A stretch of DNA of 64,000 nt from Candidatus Methanosuratincola verstraetei (lineage in GTDB: Archaea; Thermoproteota; Methanomethylicia; Methanomethylicales; Methanomethylicaceae). The translations under genes and the position numbers were made by a program. The stretch is taken from NCBI GenBank assembly GCA_049570475.1, contig CP186953.1:1248001-1312000 (forward strand). The letters run 5' to 3'. Positions 9,137-18,494 of this stretch are shown here, piece after piece; position 1 is the stretch's first letter, and the number at the start of each line of letters is the position of its first letter. The notes below the pieces were generated by a model that saw only the letters and a program-made list of their open reading frames with translations, was not told the DNA's origin and did not search any database.

Positions 9137-10807
9137 ATGGCAACTGAAAAGAAGATGTTCTTGGAAGCACTCAGGAAGAAGTTCAAGGAGTCTCCAGAAG
9201 AGAAGTATACCAAGTTCTACATATACGACGGATGGAAGCAGTCGAAGAGGAAGAGAGAATTCGTCGAGTGGGGCACTAAGCTGGCAAAGGAGAGGGGCAT
9301 CCCGTTCTACAACCCCGAGATGCACCTTGGCGGCATCCCGCTGGGCCAGAGGGTCCTGATGCCGTACAAGATATCGCAGACGGACATCTACTGCGAGGGC
9401 GACGACCTCCACTTCGTCAACAACGCCGCAATGCAGCAGATGTGGCACGACATCAGGAGGACTGTCATAGTCGGTCTCGATGCTGCCCACATGGTCCTGC
9501 AGAAGCGGCTTGGGAAGGAGGTCACCCCTGAGACGGTGAACCACTACCTCGAGGTGCTGAACCACGCGCTGCCAGGCGCTGCTGTGATCCAGGAGCACAT
9601 GGTCGAGACCCACCCAGGGCTCGTCTCAGACTCGTACGTAAAGGTCTTCACAGGCGACGACGAGCTAGCGGACGAGATTGACAAGCGCTTCCTGATCGAC
9701 ATAAACAAGGAGTTCCCAGCTGACCAGGCTGCACAGCTGAAGGCTGCAGTAGGCAAGAGGATATACCAGGTCCTCCGCATGCCGACAATAGTAGCCATGA
9801 CCTGCGACGGAGGCACAATGTCGAGATGGTCTGCAATGCAGATCTCGATGTCAATGGTCAATGCCTACAAGCTGATGGCTGGGGAAGCCGCAATCGGCGA
9901 ATTCGCCTTTGCCGCGAAGCACGCAGAAGTGATCGAGATGGGAACCCTGATGCCGTGGAGGCGCGCGAGGGGACCGAACGAGCCAGGAGGCGTTCCGCTC
10001 GGGTACCTTGCTGACATGTGCCAGGCGTCGAGGGTGAAGCCCGAGGACCCGACATGGGTCGCCCTTGAGGCCATCTCGATGGGCGCGGTGCTCTACGACC
10101 AGTTCTGGTTCGGCAGCTACATGTCCGGAGGAGTAGGCTTCACGCAGTACGCCACATGCACATACACCGACAACATCCTCGACGACTTCTGCTACTACGG
10201 CGCGGACTATGTCAAGAAGAAGTATGGTGGATTCGGCAAGGCGAAGCCAAGCTGGGACTTGATCAAGGACGTGGCGACCGAGGTCACCCTATATGGGCTC
10301 GAGCAGTACGAGCGCTTCCCCGCACTGATGGAGACCCACTTCGGCGGCTCGCAGAGGGCTGCTGTGGTTGCCGCAGGCGCAGGCGTGGCTGTCTCGATGG
10401 CTACTGGGAACTGCACGGCAGGGATCAACGGCTGGTACCTGAGCCAGCTTCTCCACAAGGAGGAGATGGGCAGGCTCGGCTTCTACGGCTACGACCAGCA
10501 GGACCAGTGCGGTTCGGCGAACAGCTTCTCGTACAGGAGCGACGAGGGCCTTCCATTCAACCTGAGGGGTGTGAACTACCCGAACTACGCCCTGAACGTA
10601 GGGCACCAGTCGGCGCACACGGGCATCGTACAGGCAGCGCACAGCGGAAGGGGCGACGCGTGGACGACCAACCCGCTGATAAAGATAGCATTCGCCGACA
10701 AGGACCTGAAGTTCGACTTCACGCACCCGAGGCTCTGCTTCGGCAAGGGCGCTCTGAGGGAGTTCATGCCTGCGGGCGAGAGGTCCCTCATCATACCGAG
10801 CCGATAA
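9137..10807 (+). CDS. mcrA: methyl-coenzyme M reductase alpha subunit
   Basis: [58 protein letters not shown]. Confidence 0.99.
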   Translation: MATEKKMFLEALRKKFKESPEEKYTKFYIYDGWKQSKRKREFVEWGTKLAKERGIPFYNPEMHLGGIPLGQRVLMPYKISQTDIYCEGDDLHFVNNAAMQQMWHDIRRTVIVGLDAAHMVLQKRLGKEVTPETVNHYLEVLNHALPGAAVIQEHMVETHPGLVSDSYVKVFTGDDELADEIDKRFLIDINKEFPADQAAQLKAAVGKRIYQVLRMPTIVAMTCDGGTMSRWSAMQISMSMVNAYKLMAGEAAIGEFAFAAKHAEVIEMGTLMPWRRARGPNEPGGVPLGYLADMCQASRVKPEDPTWVALEAISMGAVLYDQFWFGSYMSGGVGFTQYATCTYTDNILDDFCYYGADYVKKKYGGFGKAKPSWDLIKDVATEVTLYGLEQYERFPALMETHFGGSQRAAVVAAGAGVAVSMATGNCTAGINGWYLSQLLHKEEMGRLGFYGYDQQDQCGSANSFSYRSDEGLPFNLRGVNYPNYALNVGHQSAHTGIVQAAHSGRGDAWTTNPLIKIAFADKDLKFDFTHPRLCFGKGALREFMPAGERSLIIPSR

Positions 10808-10820
10808 GCAACCAAAAACC

Positions 10821-10845
10821 TTTTTTCTTTTTTTCCCTTGTTTTC
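10821..10845 (+). terminator. oligo-T archaeal terminator of mcr operon
   Basis: TTTTTTCTTTTTTTCCCTTGTTTT right after mcrA stop. Confidence 0.7.
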
Positions 10846-10856
10846 AACGAATCAAA

Positions 10857-11444
10857 ATGTCTCCATCAAAAGGCACAATTTCCTTCTCAGGGCTTATTGA
10901 CAAGATCAGGGCGCTTTCTATAACATCTCCAGAGGAGGCTGAAGCGCAGTTCCCTGGATCCCCCAACTTTGCCCGACACATAGCGCAGCTCTTCCAGGAA
11001 GACCGGCTTTTTGACATTCTGCCGAGGCTTGAGATCCAGCTCCAGATTGTGCGCCAGTTTTCCCCACCTGTGAGGCCCGCGCTCGACCCCTACACCTCGA
11101 CCCAAATCGGCATCTTCTCCAAGCGCTTCGACGACTACGAGATAGGTCGTTTTCTTGGTTATCCTGAATGCTGCATGCGATCCTTCGCTGAGAATATCCG
11201 GTATGGGATAGACGAGGGTCACATCCGAGAACTAAAGGGATCCGGAATGAAGGCTTTTGTAACGACCGCCGGCTTCATACCTTGCAGCATCTTCTGCAGG
11301 GAAGCCCAGGACATGGGGCTATTGTCTTTTATCGAGCCAAATGAGATCGCGAAATTGCGGGATTTGGAAAAGGAAACGGCGATTCTGCTGCCCCACTTCC
11401 ACCCTGAGTACCGAGAGCACTACTTCGAGGTCAGGCTGCTCTGA
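10857..11444 (+). CDS. DUF483 family protein
   Basis: GRFLGYPECC..SF and GFIPCSIFC motifs. Confidence 0.7.
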   Translation: MSPSKGTISFSGLIDKIRALSITSPEEAEAQFPGSPNFARHIAQLFQEDRLFDILPRLEIQLQIVRQFSPPVRPALDPYTSTQIGIFSKRFDDYEIGRFLGYPECCMRSFAENIRYGIDEGHIRELKGSGMKAFVTTAGFIPCSIFCREAQDMGLLSFIEPNEIAKLRDLEKETAILLPHFHPEYREHYFEVRLL

Positions 11445-12208
11445 TCCAGAGGCTTGATCTCGGAGACTATCCTTGCGACCTCTGTCAGGGAATCCACGAA
11501 GTAATCGACCTCAGAGCATAGGCCCTCCTTCTGGTACTCCCCCCTCCTCCTGACGAGCACTGAGATGTCCGCCTCGCGCATCGCGATCAGATCGTTTATG
11601 TCATTGCCTACCATCACAACCGATCCGTAGAAGCCCCGGAGCCTCCTTACAAGCTCCCTCTTCTCTTCCGGGGATGCATCGAAGATCGCTGCGCGCCTCG
11701 GTATATTCAGGAGATCTGCGCACTTTAAAGTCATCTCCTTGCAATTCCCGGTGGCGAGGTAGACGTCTACTCCGCCCTCCTGCATCGATCTGACTGAGTC
11801 TTTGACGTCTGGATAGAGTTTTCCCCCGAGACCCACTATGTCTGTTATCTTTCCCTCTTGGTTGAAGACGACCGCAACACATGCCCCAAGTTCGGAGGGG
11901 CAGTGGGTCAGTGCCCTCTGATATGTCTCTCGTATCCCTTCCAAGACCGCGGGTTCAAGCAGCCTGGACTTGTCGATTGGGGGGTAGTTTTGCAATGCGC
12001 AGCAGCTCACTTTCAGCCTGGCTTTTGCGATATTCCCTTCGATTATGTCTTGGATCCTGCCCTTTAGATTTACGAGAACTCCTCTCTTCTCGACCACGTA
12101 CTTCAGCGTGCTCATGTGGTAGAACCACTTCTTATCCTCTATATTGTACACTACCCTGCATGGATCTATTATGGTGCCTGACTTGTCCAGAACGACGGCC
12201 TTTCTCAA
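11420..12208 (-). CDS. HAD-superfamily soluble P-type ATPase-like hydrolase
   Basis: DKSGT phosphorylation-type motif, YLATGN, MVGNDINDLIAMREAD. Confidence 0.78.
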   Translation of the reverse strand: MRKAVVLDKSGTIIDPCRVVYNIEDKKWFYHMSTLKYVVEKRGVLVNLKGRIQDIIEGNIAKARLKVSCCALQNYPPIDKSRLLEPAVLEGIRETYQRALTHCPSELGACVAVVFNQEGKITDIVGLGGKLYPDVKDSVRSMQEGGVDVYLATGNCKEMTLKCADLLNIPRRAAIFDASPEEKRELVRRLRGFYGSVVMVGNDINDLIAMREADISVLVRRRGEYQKEGLCSEVDYFVDSLTEVARIVSEIKPLDQSSLTSK

Positions 12209-12217
12209 TTGCGGGCT

Positions 12218-12511
12218 TCACCCTGCGCCGCTGCAGCTTCCGCTAGTGTCTATCGTCATATCCCCGCCCTTCAGTTGCTCCTCGCTGATCAATTCTCCCT
12301 CTTTCTTCGCCCTCTCCTTCCCGACCTCAGGTCTCGGCTCCTCCTCCGCCGCCCTCTCCTCAGCCGGCTCAAGGACATTCTCGTCGTATAGGAGACCTGT
12401 AGTGTCCAATTCCGCCCACGTCTTTCCGTCCATCTCGACAATCCTGGTGATATTGCCCCTCGTCCCTGTCTTTTCGTAGATTACTGCATCCCCTTCCTTG
12501 AACCTCAACAT
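12218..12511 (-). CDS. DUF2098 family protein (MCR activation-complex associated)
   Basis: GDAVIYEKTGTRG...WAELDTTGLLY and C-terminal CSGAG; ATG at 12511. Confidence 0.75.
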   Translation of the reverse strand: MLRFKEGDAVIYEKTGTRGNITRIVEMDGKTWAELDTTGLLYDENVLEPAEERAAEEEPRPEVGKERAKKEGELISEEQLKGGDMTIDTSGSCSGAG

Positions 12512-12578
12512 CCTGCCCCCCCACAAAACTTTATTATATATTGATCTCTCCTCTTTCCTATTAACCTGAGGGATCGGA

Positions 12579-13508
12579 TTGGAGAGCCTCTCTAAAATCA
12601 TTGAGATCGCGAAGAATTTCAAGGGACTGAAGAGAAAGATCGATATAGGCGAGATCACGGCGATTCTTGGGGAGCACGAATACGACGATGCCGGCTTCAT
12701 AGACCTCGGGGATGTCAGCATTGTGGTGTCCACAGATGGGATAACCGAAGACTTGGTAAAGTCCGATCCGTGGTTTGCTGGATACTACTCTGTGCTTGTT
12801 AATGTCAATGACGTGGTTGTGAAAGGGGCCAGGCCGATGGGTTATGTGAATGTGATGTCAGGGAGCAAGGAGAGCAGGCGGAAGATGGCCCAGGGCATAA
12901 AGGCTGGGCTCGACAAATACGGCCTAAAGCTCCTGAAGGGTCACACCCACCCAGACTCCTCCTACGAAGCTATCGACGCAGCTGTTGTCGGAATCGCAAG
13001 GCGCGTGGCAAAGGGGAACACTGCCCGACCAGGGGACAACATCGTAATGGCAATCGATCTCGACGGGTCTTTTGGAGTAAAAGGGTGGGTAAAATGCTTC
13101 GACAGCACGCTTAAAAAGAGCAGCTCCGAGCTGGGGATGATGATCGAGTCTATCGTCACAGCCGTCGAGTCTGGTCTGATCAAGGCATCAAGGGACATAA
13201 GCGCCCCCGGGATCCTGGGCAGCCTTGCCATGCTTTGCGAAGCCAGCTCAGTCGGGGCTGAAGTCGACGCCGAGAGGATACCAAGGCCCGAAGGTACCGC
13301 GATCTCGGAGTGGTTCACATCCTACCCCGCGATGGGCTTCATATTTGCTTCCAACGAAGAGTCTCTGGTTTCGAAGCTCCGTGACGCCGGCTTCTCAGCC
13401 AGCGTTGTTGGGAAATTCGATGGCACAAAAAAGATATGCGTAAGGCTTGGCAGCGACCGCAAAACATTCATGGATCTCTCAACGGAGTCCGTTTTTGGAA
13501 TTCATTAG
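12579..13508 (+). CDS. methanogenesis marker protein 2 (AIR synthase/PurM-like)
   Basis: DDAG, DPWFAGYYSVLVNVND, GHTHPD, RDIS.PG.LG. Confidence 0.85.
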   Translation: MESLSKIIEIAKNFKGLKRKIDIGEITAILGEHEYDDAGFIDLGDVSIVVSTDGITEDLVKSDPWFAGYYSVLVNVNDVVVKGARPMGYVNVMSGSKESRRKMAQGIKAGLDKYGLKLLKGHTHPDSSYEAIDAAVVGIARRVAKGNTARPGDNIVMAIDLDGSFGVKGWVKCFDSTLKKSSSELGMMIESIVTAVESGLIKASRDISAPGILGSLAMLCEASSVGAEVDAERIPRPEGTAISEWFTSYPAMGFIFASNEESLVSKLRDAGFSASVVGKFDGTKKICVRLGSDRKTFMDLSTESVFGIH

Positions 13509-15116
13509 CTCGTTTTTCTCCTCTGGCGTCAGCTCTTTTGCAACATCCGAGGGCTTGCCCCTGCTGACTATTTTACCGTTTCTCATCAGTATCGTATCTT
13601 CGCAAGTGTTTTCGACGAACCCCATGTCATGAGATATAATTACGAATGTCTGACCGAGCTCGTTCCTTGCATTCTTTATCGACCTTGCCACGTCCTGCTG
13701 GGTTATCGGATCCATTGTGCCTGATGGCTCATCCAAGAGCACTATGATCGGCTCCTTTATGAGCACCTGCGCAAGGGCAACCCTGTGCCTCTCCCCCTCG
13801 CTCAGCTCGTCTGGATATTTGGAGAGCGTCCTCTCAATAGTGGCTTCATCGAAGCCCGCGGCTGTGAGCACGCTCTGTGCCTTGAACTTGGCGAACTCGT
13901 CTGGCAGCTCAAGCCCTATGGCGTCGGTCAAATTCTCCTGCACCGTCCTGTGTGGGTAGAGCGCGTACTCCTGGTGGAGGAGCCCTATGAAGGGAGTTGC
14001 TCTTCCCCTGCCCATCGGCCCCGGCTCCAGCATGTTGACCCACTCCTCGCCGATCTTGAGCTCGATTGTGCCTGAAGTAGGCTGCGTAACGCCCACAATC
14101 GCCCTGGAGAGCGTGGTCTTGCCTGCGCCGCTAAGCCCTATAATCCCGAAGATCTGCCTCTCCCTGACCTCGAATGTGACCCCGTCCAGCGCCTTGACGA
14201 CACCTTTGTCTATCGAGAAGTAGTACTTCTTCAGATCCTTCACCCTCAGGATGACGTCCCCGAGCTCAGGCGGCTTCGGTATCTCCTCGGGGGCGAGCCT
14301 TGAAAGGAACTTGGCGGTGACCTCCTTGGGGTCCCCCTCCGCACTAATCCTCCCCCCTTCGAGGAGCACTGCCTTATCGCAGAGCTCCTCAATTGCGCCA
14401 GGGAGGTGCGAAGTTACCAGGAGCGTGCTTTTTCCCGGCCCGGTTTCCCTCTTTATGATCTTGTGGATCATCTCCGCGTTCAGGGGGTCTAGGGTCCCCG
14501 TGGGCTCGTCAGCCAGCAGGAGCAGCGGCTTTATCGCCAGCTGCCTGCCAAGGACTACCCTCTGCTTCTCCCCACCGCTAAGGTCCCTTGCTGCGTGCAG
14601 CAGCCTGTTTGCCAGGCCTATGTCCTTGGCTATCTCAAGCGCCTTCCTGCTGGCATCCTCGGAGGAAACTTTATTGAGCGCCTCGACGAGGTTCTCGTAG
14701 ACCGTGAGGCTACCATAAAGCGCGAAAGTCCTCTGGAACATTATTGCTATGCGCTGCCTCAGCCATTTGGTCTTCGCATCCTCACTGTAAATGTCAACGT
14801 CCGCCATCTCCATCTTTTTTTGGCAGTGGGGACAGCAGTTGGGGCACCCCTTGTTTGCCCAGCTCGGCCCTTCTACCGTCTGGCAGTGCTCGCATACAGC
14901 CACGTGGAAAACTACCTTTCCTGAGTCTGGCTTGTACTCCTTTATGCCCTTGAGCATCGAGAGCAGCACCGTCTTCCCGGATCCGCTCTTGCCTATTATG
15001 CCGACCCTCTCACCTTCGTCTACGGTGAGCGAAACATTATCCAGGACTCTGTTCCCGCCGAATGACTTCGACACATTCCTGACCTCTATGAAAGGAACGC
15101 CCATTTTGCCAAACAC
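13479..15116 (-). CDS. atwA: methyl-coenzyme M reductase system component A2 (ABC-type ATPase; ATG alternative at 15104)
   Basis: Two NBDs (GKSGSGKT, GLSGAGKT), Zn-binding CxxC insert, IAIMFQRTFALY, LSEGERHRV. Confidence 0.93.
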   Translation of the reverse strand: MFGKMGVPFIEVRNVSKSFGGNRVLDNVSLTVDEGERVGIIGKSGSGKTVLLSMLKGIKEYKPDSGKVVFHVAVCEHCQTVEGPSWANKGCPNCCPHCQKKMEMADVDIYSEDAKTKWLRQRIAIMFQRTFALYGSLTVYENLVEALNKVSSEDASRKALEIAKDIGLANRLLHAARDLSGGEKQRVVLGRQLAIKPLLLLADEPTGTLDPLNAEMIHKIIKRETGPGKSTLLVTSHLPGAIEELCDKAVLLEGGRISAEGDPKEVTAKFLSRLAPEEIPKPPELGDVILRVKDLKKYYFSIDKGVVKALDGVTFEVRERQIFGIIGLSGAGKTTLSRAIVGVTQPTSGTIELKIGEEWVNMLEPGPMGRGRATPFIGLLHQEYALYPHRTVQENLTDAIGLELPDEFAKFKAQSVLTAAGFDEATIERTLSKYPDELSEGERHRVALAQVLIKEPIIVLLDEPSGTMDPITQQDVARSIKNARNELGQTFVIISHDMGFVENTCEDTILMRNGKIVSRGKPSDVAKELTPEEKNELMNSKNGLR

Positions 15117-15241
15117 CCTAAAGACAACCTATTTTGAAAACCGCTGTATTTATCTTTGTAGTTATTACATGGTAATGCTTCAAGGAGCCGTTATTTCTTT
15201 CAATTCTTCTTATTCATCCCAGTCGAATGCCATTTTAATCA

Positions 15242-15895
15242 CTATTGCAACTCCCTGATCCTTTCCAGGACTTTGATCGCATCTTCCCTTTTCAAGTCTA
15301 TCCGCACGCCCTTGATCAGTTCGAGCACCTCCCCTGCCCTAGTGCTGCCGAGACCCGCCCGGGCAGCCCTCTGGAGTATCCTGGGATAGTTCCTCAGCTG
15401 GAAGGGGATCTCCTTCGCCGCGAGTAGGATGGAATCATGCTCCTGTTGGTTTATTATCCCAGAAGCCAGAGCCCTCTCAAGAGTTGCCCTGATGTTCACT
15501 AGAGGCTCCGATAGCGGCTTGAGGCTTTCTGGGTGGAAGGCAAGGGCGACCTCATCGTCAGATCTTATTCTGCCTGACTTGTACCATTCATAAATCGTGC
15601 CGATGCCGACCATTCCGTAAACATCAAGCTCAGAGGCCCTCAGCGCTCCCATGCTGGATCCGCCGAAGACCTTTGCCCTCATTTCCATTGCTTTGAGTAT
15701 TTCCCGGTGGGAGACCGCTGCCTGCTGGTAAAAAACCCCGTCGATGAGGGCTATTGCCTCCGCCCCGGCTTCAGCGGCCCTGATGATATCCCCCCTGGCT
15801 GCCGGCGGTAGGTATTCCGCATCGCTGAGGACTTTCCGGGCTTCCCCCCTTTCCAAACTCGGCCCCAGGAAAACAACAACCCTCATATTGTGCAC
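15242..15895 (-). CDS. tfuA: TfuA-related McrA thioamidation protein
   Basis: VFLGPSL, IDGVF, SSMGALRASEL, DDEVA, SEPLVNIR; adjacent to ycaO. Confidence 0.92.
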   Translation of the reverse strand: MHNMRVVVFLGPSLERGEARKVLSDAEYLPPAARGDIIRAAEAGAEAIALIDGVFYQQAAVSHREILKAMEMRAKVFGGSSMGALRASELDVYGMVGIGTIYEWYKSGRIRSDDEVALAFHPESLKPLSEPLVNIRATLERALASGIINQQEHDSILLAAKEIPFQLRNYPRILQRAARAGLGSTRAGEVLELIKGVRIDLKREDAIKVLERIRELQ

Positions 15896-15928
15896 CGCCT
15901 CCTCCTGGATCTGGGGATTTCACCTAAT

Positions 15929-17131
15929 TCAATGCCCTGCTTCTGAATAAGTGGACAGCCTTCTGCCAGCCCTCTCCTTGTCCAGCGCATAGACCTCGAG
16001 CCCTGGGACTATAACCCTGACCGCAGGAATCCCTGTTTCGCCCCGCGTGAGGTCGACAACTATGACCTCCCTTAGCCCAGCACTGACCAGCCTATCAAGC
16101 GTGTACCTTATGTCCTCGAGGAAATCCTTCCCAGAGAATGACCTCAATTCTTCAAGGCTGACCATTTGTGGGCATGGGGAGAACCACCTCCTGTTTATCC
16201 TTTTCATCCTTTCGTAACCTATCCTCCTGGCGAATTCAGCCTTAACAGTGTCCTCCCTGGTCCCATGGATGGTAGTCAGCCTGCTCTGGACTGCCTCGGT
16301 CAGGGCCCTGAGTGCTGCGATCTCAGCCACGAGGTGCGTCCCAACGCCGAGCGAGAGGAGCGCGGGGTCCTTCGTCAGCTCATCGTCAATGGCGACTGCT
16401 ACTGTTGGGATCCCGATGTCCGAGGTGATGTCCTTCGCATAGACCCCGATGCCTGCCTTCGCGAGCTTCTCCAGCATCGACCTGACCATCGGGCTGCTGC
16501 AACCTGACAGCTCGAGCCCCCTGCCCTGCAGCCTTCCAGCCTCGAAGAGGGACCAGGCATCCCTCTCAATCACCTCCATGAGCCCGTGCACAATCGCCTC
16601 CTCCAGCGCATTGCCGACAGCGAGTCCGTTGGTGTTGGTTCGGAAGAGCTGGTTGTGCCTACTGTAAGGGTGGAAAACAGCCTCCGCCGGGACTAGTATC
16701 GTGACCTCCCGAGTGAGCGAGTACCCCTCGACCCATTCTATCTCCTCGGAGTGCTGGTACTTCCGGGGCAGTATCAGCAGATTTGGATCCAGCACCTCCC
16801 TCTCCCTGCTGAGATCCCTGTATGACCCCCTCACAAGTCTGAAGCCCCTGGGCTCTGCAGAGAACCTCTCAATTCCCTCCATCACAGCCGAAACTTCCGC
16901 CTCCTCTTGGGAGCAGCCTTTCCCTGTGTAGACCGTGACCGCTCCCTGTGATGCCATCGGCCTTATCGAAGTGAAGATGGGAATCCCTATGCGGTCTAGC
17001 CCAGTTATTTCCGCAACCCTGGTTATGCCTGCATTCTCCTTGACCCTGCTGACAAGCTCCAGCGTCTTTTCCGGATGGACCTCCCTGTGCGTGCCCGCTG
17101 TGTATCCCTTAGGGACCGATCTCAGTTTCAT
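15929..17131 (-). CDS. ycaO: YcaO-related McrA-glycine thioamidation protein (methanogenesis marker 1)
   Basis: GITRVAEITGLDRIGIP, GKG, EGIER, TNGLA.GN..EEA..HG..EVIERDA, VRVIVPGLE. Confidence 0.93.
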   Translation of the reverse strand: MKLRSVPKGYTAGTHREVHPEKTLELVSRVKENAGITRVAEITGLDRIGIPIFTSIRPMASQGAVTVYTGKGCSQEEAEVSAVMEGIERFSAEPRGFRLVRGSYRDLSREREVLDPNLLILPRKYQHSEEIEWVEGYSLTREVTILVPAEAVFHPYSRHNQLFRTNTNGLAVGNALEEAIVHGLMEVIERDAWSLFEAGRLQGRGLELSGCSSPMVRSMLEKLAKAGIGVYAKDITSDIGIPTVAVAIDDELTKDPALLSLGVGTHLVAEIAALRALTEAVQSRLTTIHGTREDTVKAEFARRIGYERMKRINRRWFSPCPQMVSLEELRSFSGKDFLEDIRYTLDRLVSAGLREVIVVDLTRGETGIPAVRVIVPGLEVYALDKERAGRRLSTYSEAGH

Positions 17132-17156
17132 CTGCGGCGCATCCCTTCAGGTCTTC

Positions 17157-18398
17157 CTATTTTCTGGACTCCTCCAGCTCCTTCATCCCAGATACCATCA
17201 CCGCTGCGCCGACGCACCCGATCAGGTTTGGCTTTTCTGGGACTATCATCTCGACGCTTAGTATCTCGGAGAGTGCCTTGACCAGCCCCTTGACAAGCGC
17301 CGTCGATCCGACCTGGATTATCGGGTACCTTATGTCTATCTCCTGGAGCTGCTGCTCGAATACCTGTTCGGCTACGCTGTGGCAGGCGGCTGCGGCCGCA
17401 TCTTCCGGCTTTGCGCCGCCAGCGAGCCCGGCAACTAGATCCTGGAGCCCGAAGACGATGCAGTACGCGTTCATCGGGACTGCTTTCCAGTCCCCCTTCA
17501 TTGCAAGATCCCCGAACTGCTCTATCGGGACGCCGAGCCTCTTGGCGGTGGTTTCGAGGAACCTTCCTGAGGCTCCGGCGCAGACGCCTCCGACAGTGAA
17601 GCTGTCAGGGATGCTGTCGTAGAGCGTGACTGCCTTGTTGTCCATGCCGCCTATGTCGATGACGGTCGCGTCCCCCCTCTGCTTGTCGGTCAGGAACAGC
17701 GCCCCCTTCGAGCAAGTTGAGACTTCCTCCATAGCCAGCTGTGCCTTGTACTTCTCCTTTAGGATCGTCCTGCCGTAGCCCGTGACCCCTATCCCCTCGA
17801 GCTTGGACTCATCTATTCCTGCCTCCTTGAGCGCCTGGTTCAGCGCCGTCATGCCCGAGTCCAGCACGCTGGTCGTTGGGACCCAGCCGTGGCCTATGAT
17901 CTCATTATCCTTCATTACAACGGCCTTCGTTGTTGTCGATCCCGAGTCTATCCCGGCAGTTATGCCCTCCTGCTTCATCCTGGCGAAGAGGGGCTTCTTG
18001 TCTATGATATTCACCAGCGCCTCCATGCGGAGCAGGAGCGCCCCGGCCTTGGTCCTCTCTGTGAATGAATATGTCACTACTGGGATCTTAGTCTGGCTCT
18101 GGATATACCTCCTGACGACGCTCCTCACGAGTGCGCCTTCGGCACACCTGAAGCAGGTCGCAATGAACACCCCGTCTGCATCTACCCTCCCTTCCACTAT
18201 GGCCTTCGCCCTAGCCATCATCACCCTCAGCCCCGGGCTAGCCACATGGAAGCCGAGCTCGTCCTCAATCGTCCTTATCTCCGACACATCGACCTCAGGC
18301 ACGAATATCTGCCCGCCAACGATCTTTGCAGCTTTCTCGATCTCTGCCTGAATCCCGCTGTACTCGGAGCCGCATGATATTTGCGCTATCCTGACCAT
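17157..18398 (-). CDS. methanogenesis marker protein 15 (ASKHA/acyl-CoA dehydratase activase-like)
   Basis: [51 protein letters not shown]. Confidence 0.9.
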   Translation of the reverse strand: MVRIAQISCGSEYSGIQAEIEKAAKIVGGQIFVPEVDVSEIRTIEDELGFHVASPGLRVMMARAKAIVEGRVDADGVFIATCFRCAEGALVRSVVRRYIQSQTKIPVVTYSFTERTKAGALLLRMEALVNIIDKKPLFARMKQEGITAGIDSGSTTTKAVVMKDNEIIGHGWVPTTSVLDSGMTALNQALKEAGIDESKLEGIGVTGYGRTILKEKYKAQLAMEEVSTCSKGALFLTDKQRGDATVIDIGGMDNKAVTLYDSIPDSFTVGGVCAGASGRFLETTAKRLGVPIEQFGDLAMKGDWKAVPMNAYCIVFGLQDLVAGLAGGAKPEDAAAAACHSVAEQVFEQQLQEIDIRYPIIQVGSTALVKGLVKALSEILSVEMIVPEKPNLIGCVGAAVMVSGMKELEESRK

Positions 18399-18494
18399 CT
18401 GCCCTCACCAGACACTACGAACATACTTCGATATTCCGTCTTCTTCGCCCAAAATAATCCTTTCCCCTTGGGCGGGCTGGGCAACCGGCGATTC

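Noticed and set aside
9137-10807. Alkyl-coenzyme M reductase (alkane activation)
   Set aside because: Channel aromatic residues are canonical and there are no large insertions
10156-10923. Long alternative-frame and antisense ORFs across the window (e.g. 10156..10923, 18381..19277, 27542..28396, 32181..33062)
   Set aside because: They overlap well-supported genes and show shadow-ORF composition caused by GC3 bias
15242-17131. YcaO-TfuA thioamitide RiPP biosynthetic cluster
   Set aside because: No precursor peptide; in mcr genomes this pair is the established McrA thioglycine system
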